Part shown: in pieces, positions 1 to 9,221 of the stretch
How the letters are laid out: the number at the start of each line of letters is the position of its first letter
Position numbering within the stretch: position 1 is the stretch's first letter
Assembly (NCBI GenBank): GCA_965219995.1
Contig: CBDCOX010000002.1
Coordinates: 4,672,001 to 4,736,000 of the forward strand
DNA length: 64,000 bases
From: Candidatus Latescibacterota bacterium
GTDB taxonomy: Bacteria; Latescibacterota; UBA2968; GCA-2709665
Direction: 5' to 3'
Notes under the pieces: generated by a model
Database searches by the model: none
What the model was told of the DNA's origin: nothing
Seen by the model: only the letters and a program-made list of their open reading frames with translations
Translations under genes and position numbers: made by a program

Positions 1-558
1 TATCCCGGCCTTACGTATTGTCACAACGCGGACTGGTCCAATAACAATATCCTGATTTCCCTCATGCATGCGGAATTCCACATGGACGACGGCTTCGTCT
101 GTGCGTATTCCGATATTCTCTACAGGCCTGAGATCGTCTTGAATCTGATGGAGAGCGTGAATGAAATAACGTTGGTCTGCGACACGGCCTGGCGCACACG
201 CTACAAAAAGCGGACCGAGCATCCCGAGATCGATGCGGAGAAGATGGCCACCGTGGGCAATCGGGTGGTAGCCATTGGACGCAACATACCCGGCGAAATC
301 GCTCACGGCGAGTACACGGGCATCGCCCGGTTCGGGCGAGACGGGTCCGTGCAGTTGCGGGAGGCCTTTCACCGGGCAAAGACCCGGTACAACGGCAGAC
401 CGTTTCAATCGGCCGCCACCTTTCAGAAAGCGTATCTGATCGACCTCTATCAGGAGATGCTGGAGGCGAAGGTCCCGATGCACCTGATCGAGACGCCGGG
501 CGGATATCTGGAAATCGATACCAATCAGGATTTCGAGATCGCACGCAAGGAGTGGTAG
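1..558 (+). CDS. Nucleotidyltransferase family protein (phosphocholine cytidylyltransferase-like), 5' end outside window
   Basis: Frame is open from base 1 (YPGLTYCHNADWSNNNILISLM...). Motifs AYSDILY, GEYTGI and EIDTNQD are typical of NTP-transferases. Confidence 0.75.
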   Translation, partial: YPGLTYCHNADWSNNNILISLMHAEFHMDDGFVCAYSDILYRPEIVLNLMESVNEITLVCDTAWRTRYKKRTEHPEIDAEKMATVGNRVVAIGRNIPGEIAHGEYTGIARFGRDGSVQLREAFHRAKTRYNGRPFQSAATFQKAYLIDLYQEMLEAKVPMHLIETPGGYLEIDTNQDFEIARKEW

Positions 559-561
559 GGT

Positions 562-1623
562 ATGGTAAACGAGCATGTTCCGTTTCCGGCGGGCGTTGTG
601 GGAAGCATGCCGCGTTCGCAATTTGTGCGCGACCTGCTGGACCCCCATAGTGCGCCCGAAGATCCATCGGAGTTTTCCGCACGGATGGATGCATCGGTGG
701 ACTACGTCCTCGCGCTGCAGGAGGCCGCCGGATTGGACGTCGTTTCCGACGGAGAGTACCGCCGCCGGTCCTATATCGGCATTATCGCGGACGTGGCGGA
801 CGGGTTTGTGCGGGAGCGGAAAGAAGGGTTGTGGTGGCACACGGTCGTGGCGCCCGTGGTCGCGAAGAGGACGGGTCTCGCCGCTGCCGAGGCGGCATAT
901 CTCCGCGCGCGGACTCAGAAGGCGATCAAGGTGGCCCTGCCCTCACCATACCTCCTGGGCCAGCGGATGTGGCACAGGGATCGTTCGCGCGACGCGTATC
1001 CCACCCGGGAGGCGTTCATGCGGGCGCTGGTACCGGTCCTTCGGGACGAACTGCTGCTGCTCCGGGACGCGGGCGCCGATACAGTCCAGTTCGACGATCC
1101 GCATCTCTGTCTGTTTGTGGATCCCCGCGTTCGCGGAAGGTACGCAGACCCCGATCGGGAGATGGACCTATGCGTGGATCTCATGAACCAGATTGTGGAT
1201 GGCGTTGAGGGGATGGCCGTGGCCGTGCATCTGTGCCGGAGAAACAAGGGGCGGGCAGGTTGGGTCGGCCAGGGCGGTTACGGTCCGATTCTGCCCGCGT
1301 TGCTGCGACTGAACGTGGATCAATACGTAATGGAATTCACCGTTCCCGTCGCGGGCGATCTGGACGTATTGAAACGGATTCCGGAAGACCGGCAGGTGGG
1401 GCTGGGCTGCGTGGACTGCAGGTCTGCCCGGATCGATACCGTTGCCGAAATCATCCATCGCGTGGAACAGGCCCTCGAATTCCTGCGTCCAGACCAGATA
1501 CTTCTTAATCCCGACTGCGGCTTTGCGCCGGGTAACGCTGCCGAGATCCCGGTTGAAGAGGCTTTCGCCAAGCTCCGCAACGAGGCAAGAGCCGCGGAGA
1601 TTCTGAGGGAGAAATACGGGTAG
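562..1623 (+). CDS. Cobalamin-independent methionine synthase II family protein (MetE catalytic domain only)
   Basis: VGSMPR, SDGEYRR, QFDDP, Zn ligands HLC and E(F), and NPDCGF. Confidence 0.85.
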   Translation: MVNEHVPFPAGVVGSMPRSQFVRDLLDPHSAPEDPSEFSARMDASVDYVLALQEAAGLDVVSDGEYRRRSYIGIIADVADGFVRERKEGLWWHTVVAPVVAKRTGLAAAEAAYLRARTQKAIKVALPSPYLLGQRMWHRDRSRDAYPTREAFMRALVPVLRDELLLLRDAGADTVQFDDPHLCLFVDPRVRGRYADPDREMDLCVDLMNQIVDGVEGMAVAVHLCRRNKGRAGWVGQGGYGPILPALLRLNVDQYVMEFTVPVAGDLDVLKRIPEDRQVGLGCVDCRSARIDTVAEIIHRVEQALEFLRPDQILLNPDCGFAPGNAAEIPVEEAFAKLRNEARAAEILREKYG

Positions 1624-1638
1624 GATCGAAACGGGACG

Positions 1639-2598
1639 TTATGGATTCTTCCGGAGATGGAGGTAGGACTCGTACCGCTGGCGTGAAACTTTCTCCAGGT
1701 CGACGGCATCTCTGACAATGCATCCGGGTTCACGGACGTGGGTGCAGTTACGAAAACGGCAATGTCCGGGCAGGCCCCGGAATTCCGGAAACAGTCCGTC
1801 GATTTCTTCCGGGTCGATCTCCCACAGGTGGAATTCTCTCACGCCCGGCAGGTCGCCGACCATGCCGCCGGTTTCGAGTTCGACGAGTTCCGTGTGAGTG
1901 GTCGTGTGCCGGCCTTCGCCGGTGGTTTCGCTGATTTCGCTCGTGCGCAACCCGAGGCCCGGCTGCAGCCAGTTGAGCAGGCTGGATTTGCCAACGCCCG
2001 AAGGACCCATAAAGAGCGAAGTCCGGCCTTTCAGGAGGTCCAGGAAAGCTTCTTTGCCCCTGTCGGTGACGATGCTGGTGAGCACAACCGGGTATCCGAT
2101 CTGTTCGTAGATCGAAGCCGTTGCCTCGAAATCGTCGGGACCGGGCAGGTCCAGCTTGTTGAAGCAGACGGCAGCCGTTATTTCGCACCATTCCGCAACG
2201 GCCAGCATCCGGTCCAGCATATTCCAGTCCGGCGGCGGCTCCGCCACCGAGAAGACCGGGAGGAGCTGATCGATATTGGCGGCCAGGATCTGTTCTTTAC
2301 GTGAACTTCCGGAGGCCCTTCGAGAGATCTTGTTCCGCCTTGGAAGGACTTCACGGATCAGACCGGTATTTCCTTCGCCGGGATCGATCCGGACGCGGTC
2401 GCCGATGGCAACGGGGTCCACAACCCGGGCGCGGCGTACGGCCTGTACCCGCTTTCGGCGCGATCCGGGCGATGCTTCGGGATATTGAAGCCGTTTGCGC
2501 AGCTTGCTGGAAATCGCACAGTCAACCACCCCGTCTCCGGTGGCGACGTGGTAATGCCTTCGGTGTTCACGAATTACGGTGCCTTCGATGGTCTCCAT
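1639..2598 (-). CDS. rsgA: Ribosome small subunit-dependent GTPase A
   Basis: OB-fold N-terminus, circularly permuted GTPase (NKLD, GPSGVGKS, GRHTTT, DLPG), Zn finger CRFRNCTHVREPGC. Confidence 0.95.
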   Translation of the reverse strand: METIEGTVIREHRRHYHVATGDGVVDCAISSKLRKRLQYPEASPGSRRKRVQAVRRARVVDPVAIGDRVRIDPGEGNTGLIREVLPRRNKISRRASGSSRKEQILAANIDQLLPVFSVAEPPPDWNMLDRMLAVAEWCEITAAVCFNKLDLPGPDDFEATASIYEQIGYPVVLTSIVTDRGKEAFLDLLKGRTSLFMGPSGVGKSSLLNWLQPGLGLRTSEISETTGEGRHTTTHTELVELETGGMVGDLPGVREFHLWEIDPEEIDGLFPEFRGLPGHCRFRNCTHVREPGCIVRDAVDLEKVSRQRYESYLHLRKNP

Positions 2599-2717
2599 AA
2601 GAGGTCCCGGCAGATGCCGACGACTTGCTGCTCCTGCGTTGTATTTTTCTCAAGATGCTGTAAAAATGAATGTTATGGACAAAACCGAACTGCAATGAAA
2701 CAGCCGGAAAGCGCGGA

Positions 2718-2745
2718 AAATTAAGCGCTGAGGAATCTTTGTCAA
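2718..2745 (-). promoter_or_regulatory. Putative sigma70 promoter for rsgA
   Basis: Minus strand TTGACA-N16-TAATTT. Confidence 0.45.
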
Positions 2746-2804
2746 GAAAAAAGGCGACGTGAAGGCGATTCGGGAGACGCCATCGAGATGCACCGTGAAT
2801 CGGG

Positions 2805-2832
2805 TTGACTTTGGCAGGGCATTTGTTATTAT
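2805..2832 (+). promoter_or_regulatory. Putative sigma70 promoter for the UVR-motif gene
   Basis: TTGACT-N16-TATTAT with an extended -10 TG. Confidence 0.5.
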
Positions 2833-2841
2833 TCTCAAGAA

Positions 2842-2874
2842 GCGGGTAGACGTAAGACGTAAGAGGGAGATGAT
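2842..2874. repeat. Solo terminal motif of the heptamer-ended element
   Basis: GCGGGTAGACGTAAGACGTAAGAGGGAGATGAT closely matches the reverse complement of 8010-8043. Confidence 0.75.
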
Positions 2875-2959
2875 ATCACCGCCTACCGATCTCGTTCTCC
2901 TTTTCATTAGCCGGTTTGGTCTCTCCGATCGCAAGGGTCCGTTTCTTCAGGAACTTTAC

Positions 2960-3706
2960 ATGGAACAGGATTTATCGCCGATTTTCAAACGCTGGATATT
3001 CGATGCCCGGAAGACCTGCACCAGAAAAATCGTGGGAATCGACGGGCGGGAGAAGCTGCAGGTCCGGTTTGAACTTGGCCTTCTTCAGATGGAAATGACC
3101 GGTCGGCCCGACGGTACATCCCCGAACGGGTATGAGTCCGCACTCGACGAGTACCTCGATTGCCTGGAGGCCCACCGAAGGAACCATGGTTCAGACGACG
3201 GGTTCCGCCTGGATGAACGGGCGTGTATCGTGCTGTGGACGGAAGGCGTACAGTACTATCAGCGGTACGTCTGCCTGATGCACCTGAGCGATTTTGAAGG
3301 GGTCCTGAGAGACACCACGCACAATCTGGCGTTGCTGGACCTGGTCCGGACCTATGCCGCCAACGAAGAGATCAAGTGTGAATTCGAACGGTCCCGCACG
3401 TGTGTGCTCATGGCGCACGCCAGGTCCAAGGGCGAAATCTGCCTGCAGAATGGAGATTCCGAAGGCGCACTCGAGGTGGTCCGGGAGGGAATCGACGAGA
3501 TTCGGTCCGACGCAAACGGGTCCGAAGACCCGGAGCATCCGGAATCCGGCGATGCGCTTCGTTCCCTGGAAGCCTGGGCGGAAGAGATTCGGCGGCGATA
3601 TCCCGTCGCCGGCGAAAGCCTTATAGAACAGATTCAGACAGCGGTTGCCGGGGAGCGCTACGAACAGGCCGCGGGTTTTGGAAACCGATTGCACGGACTG
3701 AACTGA
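2960..3706 (+). CDS. Conserved hypothetical protein with C-terminal UvrB/UvrC (UVR) motif
   Basis: Likely start MEQDLS. Contains LQVRFELGLLQMEMTGRPDG, EGVQYYQRY and a C-terminal AVAGERYEQAA UVR-like motif. Confidence 0.75.
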   Translation: MEQDLSPIFKRWIFDARKTCTRKIVGIDGREKLQVRFELGLLQMEMTGRPDGTSPNGYESALDEYLDCLEAHRRNHGSDDGFRLDERACIVLWTEGVQYYQRYVCLMHLSDFEGVLRDTTHNLALLDLVRTYAANEEIKCEFERSRTCVLMAHARSKGEICLQNGDSEGALEVVREGIDEIRSDANGSEDPEHPESGDALRSLEAWAEEIRRRYPVAGESLIEQIQTAVAGERYEQAAGFGNRLHGLN

Positions 3707-3777
3707 ATTCTGTTGTCGACAGTTGAACATGCTGTCCGCGCGGGTCTATCGGCGCCGGTTGTGCGAAGCACCGTTTA

Positions 3778-3820
3778 TTCCGATCCTGAACAGCGATGCG
3801 TTTTCAGATCGGGATTTTTT
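3778..3820 (+). terminator. Possible intrinsic terminator
   Basis: CCGATCCTGAA...TTCAGATCGG imperfect stem followed by TTTTTT. Confidence 0.35.
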
Positions 3821-3906
3821 GTGTGTGGTCCAGCGAATGGCCGCGGCGGGTGTTCGGTACCGGAGTTCGTTTACCGCGGTGACGACTTTCCAGGTCCGGA
3901 CACCTG

Positions 3907-5178
3907 ATGGAGGACCGGATGAACCCGGAGTTCATGATCGCCCGCAGGCATTTCCGGTCTTTGCGAGACCGGAAGCGTATCTCTTTTACGATATGTGTCG
4001 CCGCAATTGGCGTGGCGCTGGGCGTGTCATCGCTGGTGATCGTCATGTCCGTCATGAACGGATATACGAACATGATCCGGCAGCGCCTTCTGGGCGTGAA
4101 CGCACACTTGACCGTGCGCAAGTCCTATCGCAAGCCAATAGCGGATTACAAGCCGGTGGTCCGCACCCTGGAAGACCACGCTGAAGTGCTTGCGGCGTCG
4201 CCATTCATCCATGCGGAGGGGTTTGTCTTCCGGAAGCCCGCCGGAGCGGGCGCGGTCAAGTCGGGTGTTCTGGTGCGAGGAGTGGATCCGGAGACGTTTG
4301 TCCGCACCAGCGACGTGGGATCGTACATTCAGAAAGGAGCGATAGACCTCGGTCCGCTGGAGAAACCGGGTTCGCGTGTGGTATACGGTATGGTGTTGGG
4401 GCAGGTGCTGGCGCAAAAGCTGAATGCGGCGCCCGGAGACGACGTGTTCCTGGGTCTGGTGCCGAAGGACGTGTTCAGCGGACGCGGACGCCGGTGGCAG
4501 CGATTCCGGGTAACCGGTGTCTTCAATACGGGCTATTTCGAGTTCGATTCCCGTCTCATCTATATTTCTCTGACGGCCGCCAGACGGGACCTGGGATGGC
4601 AGGACGTTGTCACCGGAATCCGACTGCGGCTGCGGGATCCGATGGAAGCCGACCGGATGGCCGAGACGCTCAGACGGGTCCTGCGTGAGGCATATCCCGG
4701 TCTGTTCGCAACGTCGTGGACACGGAATTTCGGTAACTTCTACGTACTGATCCAACTGCAGAAGTGGACGTTTTTCCTGATTCTGAGTCTGATCGTGGTC
4801 GTGGCAGGATTCAACATCATCAGTATCCTGACGATGAACGTGACCGATCGCCGCCGGGAGATTGGAATCCTGAAGGCGATGGGAATGATCCCGGGGCGGA
4901 TCGGCAGGATTTTTACCCTCGAGGGCGTGGTGGTGGGCGTGTCGGGCATTGCAATCGGCAATCTCCTGGGACTTTCGCTTTGCTGGATTCAGAAGCGGTT
5001 CGAAGTGATTCGCGTGCCGGGGGAGGTCTATTACGTCAGTTCGTTGCCGGTGGAAATGCGCCTCGAGGATTTCGGCCTGGTTTCCCTGTGCGCGGTTCTC
5101 ATCTGTTATCTCTTCAGCCTGTTTCCTTCCCGCGATGCGGCGGCGCTGGATCCGGTGGATGCCATCCGCTATGAGTGA
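3907..5178 (+). CDS. Lipoprotein-releasing ABC transporter permease (LolC/LolE, FtsX family)
   Basis: GVALGVSSLVIVMSVMNG, a periplasmic domain, VAGFNIISIL..RREIGILKAMG and C-terminal LDPVDAIRYE. Start may be 3919. Confidence 0.9.
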   Translation: MEDRMNPEFMIARRHFRSLRDRKRISFTICVAAIGVALGVSSLVIVMSVMNGYTNMIRQRLLGVNAHLTVRKSYRKPIADYKPVVRTLEDHAEVLAASPFIHAEGFVFRKPAGAGAVKSGVLVRGVDPETFVRTSDVGSYIQKGAIDLGPLEKPGSRVVYGMVLGQVLAQKLNAAPGDDVFLGLVPKDVFSGRGRRWQRFRVTGVFNTGYFEFDSRLIYISLTAARRDLGWQDVVTGIRLRLRDPMEADRMAETLRRVLREAYPGLFATSWTRNFGNFYVLIQLQKWTFFLILSLIVVVAGFNIISILTMNVTDRRREIGILKAMGMIPGRIGRIFTLEGVVVGVSGIAIGNLLGLSLCWIQKRFEVIRVPGEVYYVSSLPVEMRLEDFGLVSLCAVLICYLFSLFPSRDAAALDPVDAIRYE

Positions 5179-5281
5179 TTGACGATACCCGGCCGCCGCC
5201 GGACCTCGGGTGAGGAGTGACGAATCGACGGGAAAACGGTGAAAAATCATCGGGACAGGACACCAGGACAGGACGCCGGCG

Positions 5282-6532
5282 ATGGTTGAATTGTTGATTG
5301 CGCGACGGTATCTTCGCTCTATGCGCCGCCGGAAACGGGTGTCGTTCACGGTGGTCGTGGCGGTACTGGGCGTGGGCCTCGGCGTGGCGGCGCTGGTGAT
5401 CGTGCTGTCGGTGTCGAACGGTTTTTCGTCGCTGGTGTGGGACCGGCTGCTGGGCGTGAACGCGCATGCGACGGTGCGCATGGAGAGGGGAGGTCCGATC
5501 GAGGATCCCGGGGCGCTCCTGACCGCGCTGGACGCCCATCCGCTGGTCACGGGCGTATCTCCGTTTGCGGCTTCGGAAGGCGCCCTCCTGCACCGTTCCT
5601 TTGAAGAGGAGGTGTACAGCGCCGCGTTGATGGTGAGGGGCGTGACACCGGACGGACTGGAAGCAGTAAGCGACCTGGAGGACTATATCTGGGGAGGCGC
5701 CCTGGATCTCGGTCTCCAGGAAACAGAGGGCCGCGGCAGAGTCTACGGGATCGTCGTCGGACGCTATCTGGCCGATCAACTGGGCGTGCGGGTGGGGTCG
5801 GAGGTGCATCTCTGGATCCTGCCGCACGAGGTCTTCGCGGCGCAGACCCGGTTCCGGCGATACGTGGTCACCGGCATCTTCAGTTCGGGCAACCCCGAGT
5901 TCGACAGCGGATTGGCGTATGTTTCACTTTCAGCAGCCCGAAGAGACCTCGAATGGGAACACCGGATCAGCGGAGTCCGGCTTCGGTACGGCGACGCCTT
6001 TCGGGCTCGCGAAATCAGCGCGGCCGTTGAAAGAGCAGCCAGGTCGCTGGATCCGGCGCTTGCCGTGCATCCCTGGATGCGAGACCACGGCAATCTCTAT
6101 TTTTCCATACATCTGGAGAAGTGGGCGAGTTTTCTGGGAATCGGGCTGATCGTCGTGGTTGCAGGCTTCAACATCGTCAGCGTGCTAACCATGAACGTGG
6201 CGGAAAGGCGGAGGGAGATCGGCATTCTCAATACCCTTGGCGTGCCGCCGCGGAGAATCGGACGGATATTTACCTGGCAGGGGCTCGCCGTGGGCCTCTC
6301 CGGCGTGTTGCTGGGTAATCTGCTGGGCTTCGCCCTGTGCTGGGCGCAGCAGCGGTACGAGCTTCTCGAAATACCGGGAGACGTGTTGATTACGCAGGCG
6401 CTGCCCGTAGAAATGCAGGTGTCTGATTTTCTGGCGATTTCGGTTTCCGCCGCGTTGGTCTGCTATCTGTTTACGCTGTTTCCGGCTCGGGACGCCGCAG
6501 CGCTGGACCCGATCGAGGCGATCAGGCAATAG
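5282..6532 (+). CDS. Second LolC/LolE-family permease
   Basis: Paralog of the upstream gene: GVGLGVAALVIVLSVSNGF, AGFNIVSVL..RREIGIL, LDPIEAIRQ. Confidence 0.9.
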   Translation: MVELLIARRYLRSMRRRKRVSFTVVVAVLGVGLGVAALVIVLSVSNGFSSLVWDRLLGVNAHATVRMERGGPIEDPGALLTALDAHPLVTGVSPFAASEGALLHRSFEEEVYSAALMVRGVTPDGLEAVSDLEDYIWGGALDLGLQETEGRGRVYGIVVGRYLADQLGVRVGSEVHLWILPHEVFAAQTRFRRYVVTGIFSSGNPEFDSGLAYVSLSAARRDLEWEHRISGVRLRYGDAFRAREISAAVERAARSLDPALAVHPWMRDHGNLYFSIHLEKWASFLGIGLIVVVAGFNIVSVLTMNVAERRREIGILNTLGVPPRRIGRIFTWQGLAVGLSGVLLGNLLGFALCWAQQRYELLEIPGDVLITQALPVEMQVSDFLAISVSAALVCYLFTLFPARDAAALDPIEAIRQ

Positions 6533-6599
6533 TGGCATGTCCGGAAAGCACGTCGTCTTTCTCCCGCCGACTTAGCAATGCAGGAACCTGAAAGGCTTC

Positions 6600-6764
6600 A
6601 TGGACCCCGATCCACTCAAATCGTACCCGCCGGGCGACCCCAGGCGTCCGCCACCGAGGTGGCTTCTGGTGCTGATCGCCGTTGCCGTTGCGATTGTGGT
6701 GACGTTGTTCGCCTTTCTGATCGCCTATCTGCGCGACGTCTGGACGGCCCGGCCGCTTGGGTAA
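6600..6764 (+). CDS. Small single-pass membrane protein (54 aa), absent from ORF track
   Basis: Manual translation MDPDPLKSYPPGDPRRPPPRWLLVLIAVAVAIVVTLFAFLIAYLRDVWTARPLG*. GAAAGG upstream and one clean hydrophobic helix. Confidence 0.6.
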   Translation: MDPDPLKSYPPGDPRRPPPRWLLVLIAVAVAIVVTLFAFLIAYLRDVWTARPLG

Positions 6765-6918
6765 GGAATCGGGTCCGCCAGGTTGTTTTTCTGAGTATCC
6801 GGTGTAAGACAAAAGGAAAGCGGTTAATTTTCAGGGATCGCGGTGGTTGGAGTGATGATTTGTGGTATATGGTGAATCGATACACGGCAGTTCCTCGTTT
6901 TCTCGCGCTCTTTGGTTT

Positions 6919-6947
6919 TTATCCTGTCCATCCTGTCCATCCATGTT
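6919..6947. repeat. Nonamer tandem repeat family (CATCCTGTC)n-CATCCATGT
   Basis: Other copies at ~14621-14640, 16625-16652 and 19937-19963 (opposite orientation) and 47241-47269. Confidence 0.8.
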
Positions 6948-6987
6948 TCTTTCGTCGGTTTATGAGTTAAAGAGACGAGACTTTCGG

Positions 6988-7725
6988 TCAGTACGTGGCG
7001 CGGCCGCCGCTGGCGTCAAAGCACTGCCCTGTTGTGAAACTGGCTTCATCCGAGGCCAGGAAGTGTACCAGCGCGGCGACCTCGCCGGGTTTGCCGAGGC
7101 GGCCCATCGGTATCCTGGACGTGAGAAAGGCGGCCCGATCCGGATCCAGACCGAGGGTCATCCCGGTCTCGATGAGTGCGGGCGCGACGCAGTTGACGCG
7201 AATGTTATGGTCCAGCACCTCCCTGGCAAGCACCTTGGTAAAACAGATGACGCCGGCCTTCGAAACCGAGTAAGCCGCCATATTGGCGTTCCCTTCCTTG
7301 CCCGATATCGAGGCGACCGATACGATTGCGCCCCTGTTGCGTTCTGCCATGTCCCCGATGACCGCGCGCGAGCAGAGGAAGACGCCTTTGAGATTGGTGT
7401 CCATCACGCGGTCCCAGTCCGCTTCGCTCAGTTCCCGCACGGGCGACTCCGGTCCCACGATGCCGGCGTTATTGACCAGGACGTCGATCTGGCCGAGCCG
7501 TTCCAGCACGGTGTCCACCATCCGTGTGACGTCTTCGCAGCAGGAGACATCCGCTTTCACGGTGAGACTGACGTAGGATCGACCCCCGTCGGGCGGATCC
7601 ACGTCCACGATGGCGACGGTCGCGCCCGCGGTCGCCAGACGGTCCGCGATGGCCGCACCGATGCCCCTTGCGCCGCCGGTGACGAGGGCAACGCGTCCCG
7701 TAAGGTCCATGAACGTCTGTGACAT
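6988..7725 (-). CDS. SDR family NAD(P)-dependent oxidoreductase (FabG-like)
   Basis: TGGARGIG, NNAG and YSVSK catalytic motif. Confidence 0.92.
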   Translation of the reverse strand: MSQTFMDLTGRVALVTGGARGIGAAIADRLATAGATVAIVDVDPPDGGRSYVSLTVKADVSCCEDVTRMVDTVLERLGQIDVLVNNAGIVGPESPVRELSEADWDRVMDTNLKGVFLCSRAVIGDMAERNRGAIVSVASISGKEGNANMAAYSVSKAGVICFTKVLAREVLDHNIRVNCVAPALIETGMTLGLDPDRAAFLTSRIPMGRLGKPGEVAALVHFLASDEASFTTGQCFDASGGRATY

Positions 7726-7792
7726 GGTTTTTCTCTCAATCGGTAACGTCTAACTTCGGTGAGCCGCAAGCCCGTAGATGAAAAGCTTGAAA

Positions 7793-8043
7793 GCGGTGAG
7801 ACGTGAGACGCAAGACGGTAGAGGACGTCCTTGCCCGATTGGTTCTACTTTTATGCCTCTGGCGAGAAATCAACCCGCACAGGGCAATAAAACCCGTTAG
7901 ACGCAAGACGGTAGACGGTAGATGATAACGTTACCACAGTGTCTCCACGCTAACCGTGCCTGTTTCTCTACCGCTATCGTAACGACTAGAAAAACCATAT
8001 GCCACTCACATCATCTCCCCTCTTACGTCTAACGTCTCCCCGC
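7793..8043. mobile_element. ~250-bp non-coding element with heptamer-repeat imperfect terminal inverted repeats (copy 1)
   Basis: Aligns along its whole length with 16705-16948. Ends are GCGGTGAGACGTGAGACGCAAGACGGTAGA and TCTCCCCTCTTACGTCTAACGTCTCCCCGC. Confidence 0.7.
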
Positions 8044-8060
8044 CTTTAGGGTGTTTCCCG

Positions 8061-8095
8061 GTTCCCTTTGTGCCTTTGTGTCTCCGTGTGAGTTG
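8061..8095. repeat. (CTTTGTGYC)n nonamer repeat, reverse complement of the motif at 49995-50024 and 50099-50128
   Basis: CCCTTTGTGCCTTTGTGTCTCCGTGTGAGTTG versus CAGCTCACACGAAGACACGAAGACACAAAGGG. Confidence 0.7.
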
Positions 8096-8109
8096 AATTT
8101 CGGTTTCGG

Positions 8110-9198
8110 CTATATCAACTCCGTCCCGTCCATGAATTCGATCAGTGTCCGGTTCGCCCGGGAAAATGCATAGTCTTCGAGGCTTTCGGGTACGACCCAT
8201 TTCGCGTCCGTACAGGTCCGCGCGCGGGCTCTGCCGCCTTTGTAGTCGCATCGAAACGCATGCATGGTGACGCTGAAGTGGGTGAAGGCGTGTCTGACGG
8301 TCCTGAACCGGCTCCGCAGGGCGGCGTCGACGCCGGTTGCCTCGCGCACCGCGCGTATACATGTGTCACCCAGGGCCTCGCCCTGCAGTTGTCGGGCCGA
8401 TGGAAATTCCCAGAGTCCGCCGAGAAGCCCGTTTTCCGGCCGGCGCGCGATCAGGATCTTGTCTTTCCGGGATACGATTCCAACACCCAGGATGTGGTGC
8501 GGGCGCGATTTCGTCGGGGCTTTGACGGGTAGCGATTCCGCGGTACCTGATTGATACGCGGCGCAATATTCGTCGACGGGACACGAGCCGCATCGGGGAG
8601 CGCGCGGGCGGCAGACCGTCGCGCCAAGTTCCATGATCGCCTGGTTGTACTCGCCGGCGTTGCCGCTGTTCAGAAGGTCGCCGGCCAGTTTCTGAAGACG
8701 CGTTCTGGTGCGGGTTTGCGCGATATCGTCCCGAATCTCGAAGAGCCGGGAAAGAACGCGGATTACGTTGCCGTCGAGAACGGCGTAGTCCCGGTCGTAC
8801 GCGATACTCAGGACGGCGGCCGTGGTGTAGGGTCCCAGACCGGGCAGAGAGGAAAGATCGTCGTAGGCATCGGGCACGGCGCCGTTGAATCTCTCCACGA
8901 TGTACCGGGCCGTTCTGTGCAGGTTTCGGGCGCGGGAATAGTAGCCCAGGCCCTCCCAGGCCTTGAGGACCCTGTCTCCCTCCGTTCGGGCGAGGTCCTG
9001 CACAGTCGGGAAATCTCTCAGGAACCGCCTGTAATAGGGAATGACGGTCTCGACCCGGGTTTGCTGAAGCATGAACTCGGCGAGCAGAACGTGGTATGGA
9101 TCGGACGTATGACGCCAGGGGAGATCCCGCTTTTCGCGACGATACCAGGCGAGCAGGGCCCTCTTGATCGATCCAAATCCTGACGGGTCGGCAGTCAT
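8110..9198 (-). CDS. mutY: A/G-specific adenine glycosylase
   Basis: RDLPWR, EFMLQQT, WEGLGYYSRARNL, HhH LPGLGPYT, DGNVIRVL, Fe-S motif CRPRAPRCGSCPVDEYC and NUDIX-like GGLWEFP. Confidence 0.95.
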   Translation of the reverse strand: MTADPSGFGSIKRALLAWYRREKRDLPWRHTSDPYHVLLAEFMLQQTRVETVIPYYRRFLRDFPTVQDLARTEGDRVLKAWEGLGYYSRARNLHRTARYIVERFNGAVPDAYDDLSSLPGLGPYTTAAVLSIAYDRDYAVLDGNVIRVLSRLFEIRDDIAQTRTRTRLQKLAGDLLNSGNAGEYNQAIMELGATVCRPRAPRCGSCPVDEYCAAYQSGTAESLPVKAPTKSRPHHILGVGIVSRKDKILIARRPENGLLGGLWEFPSARQLQGEALGDTCIRAVREATGVDAALRSRFRTVRHAFTHFSVTMHAFRCDYKGGRARARTCTDAKWVVPESLEDYAFSRANRTLIEFMDGTELI

Positions 9199-9221
9199 CA
9201 GTTTATCCGGTGAAGGGCATC

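Noticed and set aside
4027-5550. Long antisense or alternate-frame ORFs (also 12643-13758, 25471-26625, 30473-31759, 48052-49578, 55785-57233, 59550-60668)
   Set aside because: Shadow ORFs expected in GC-rich DNA opposite well-supported genes, with no recognisable motifs.
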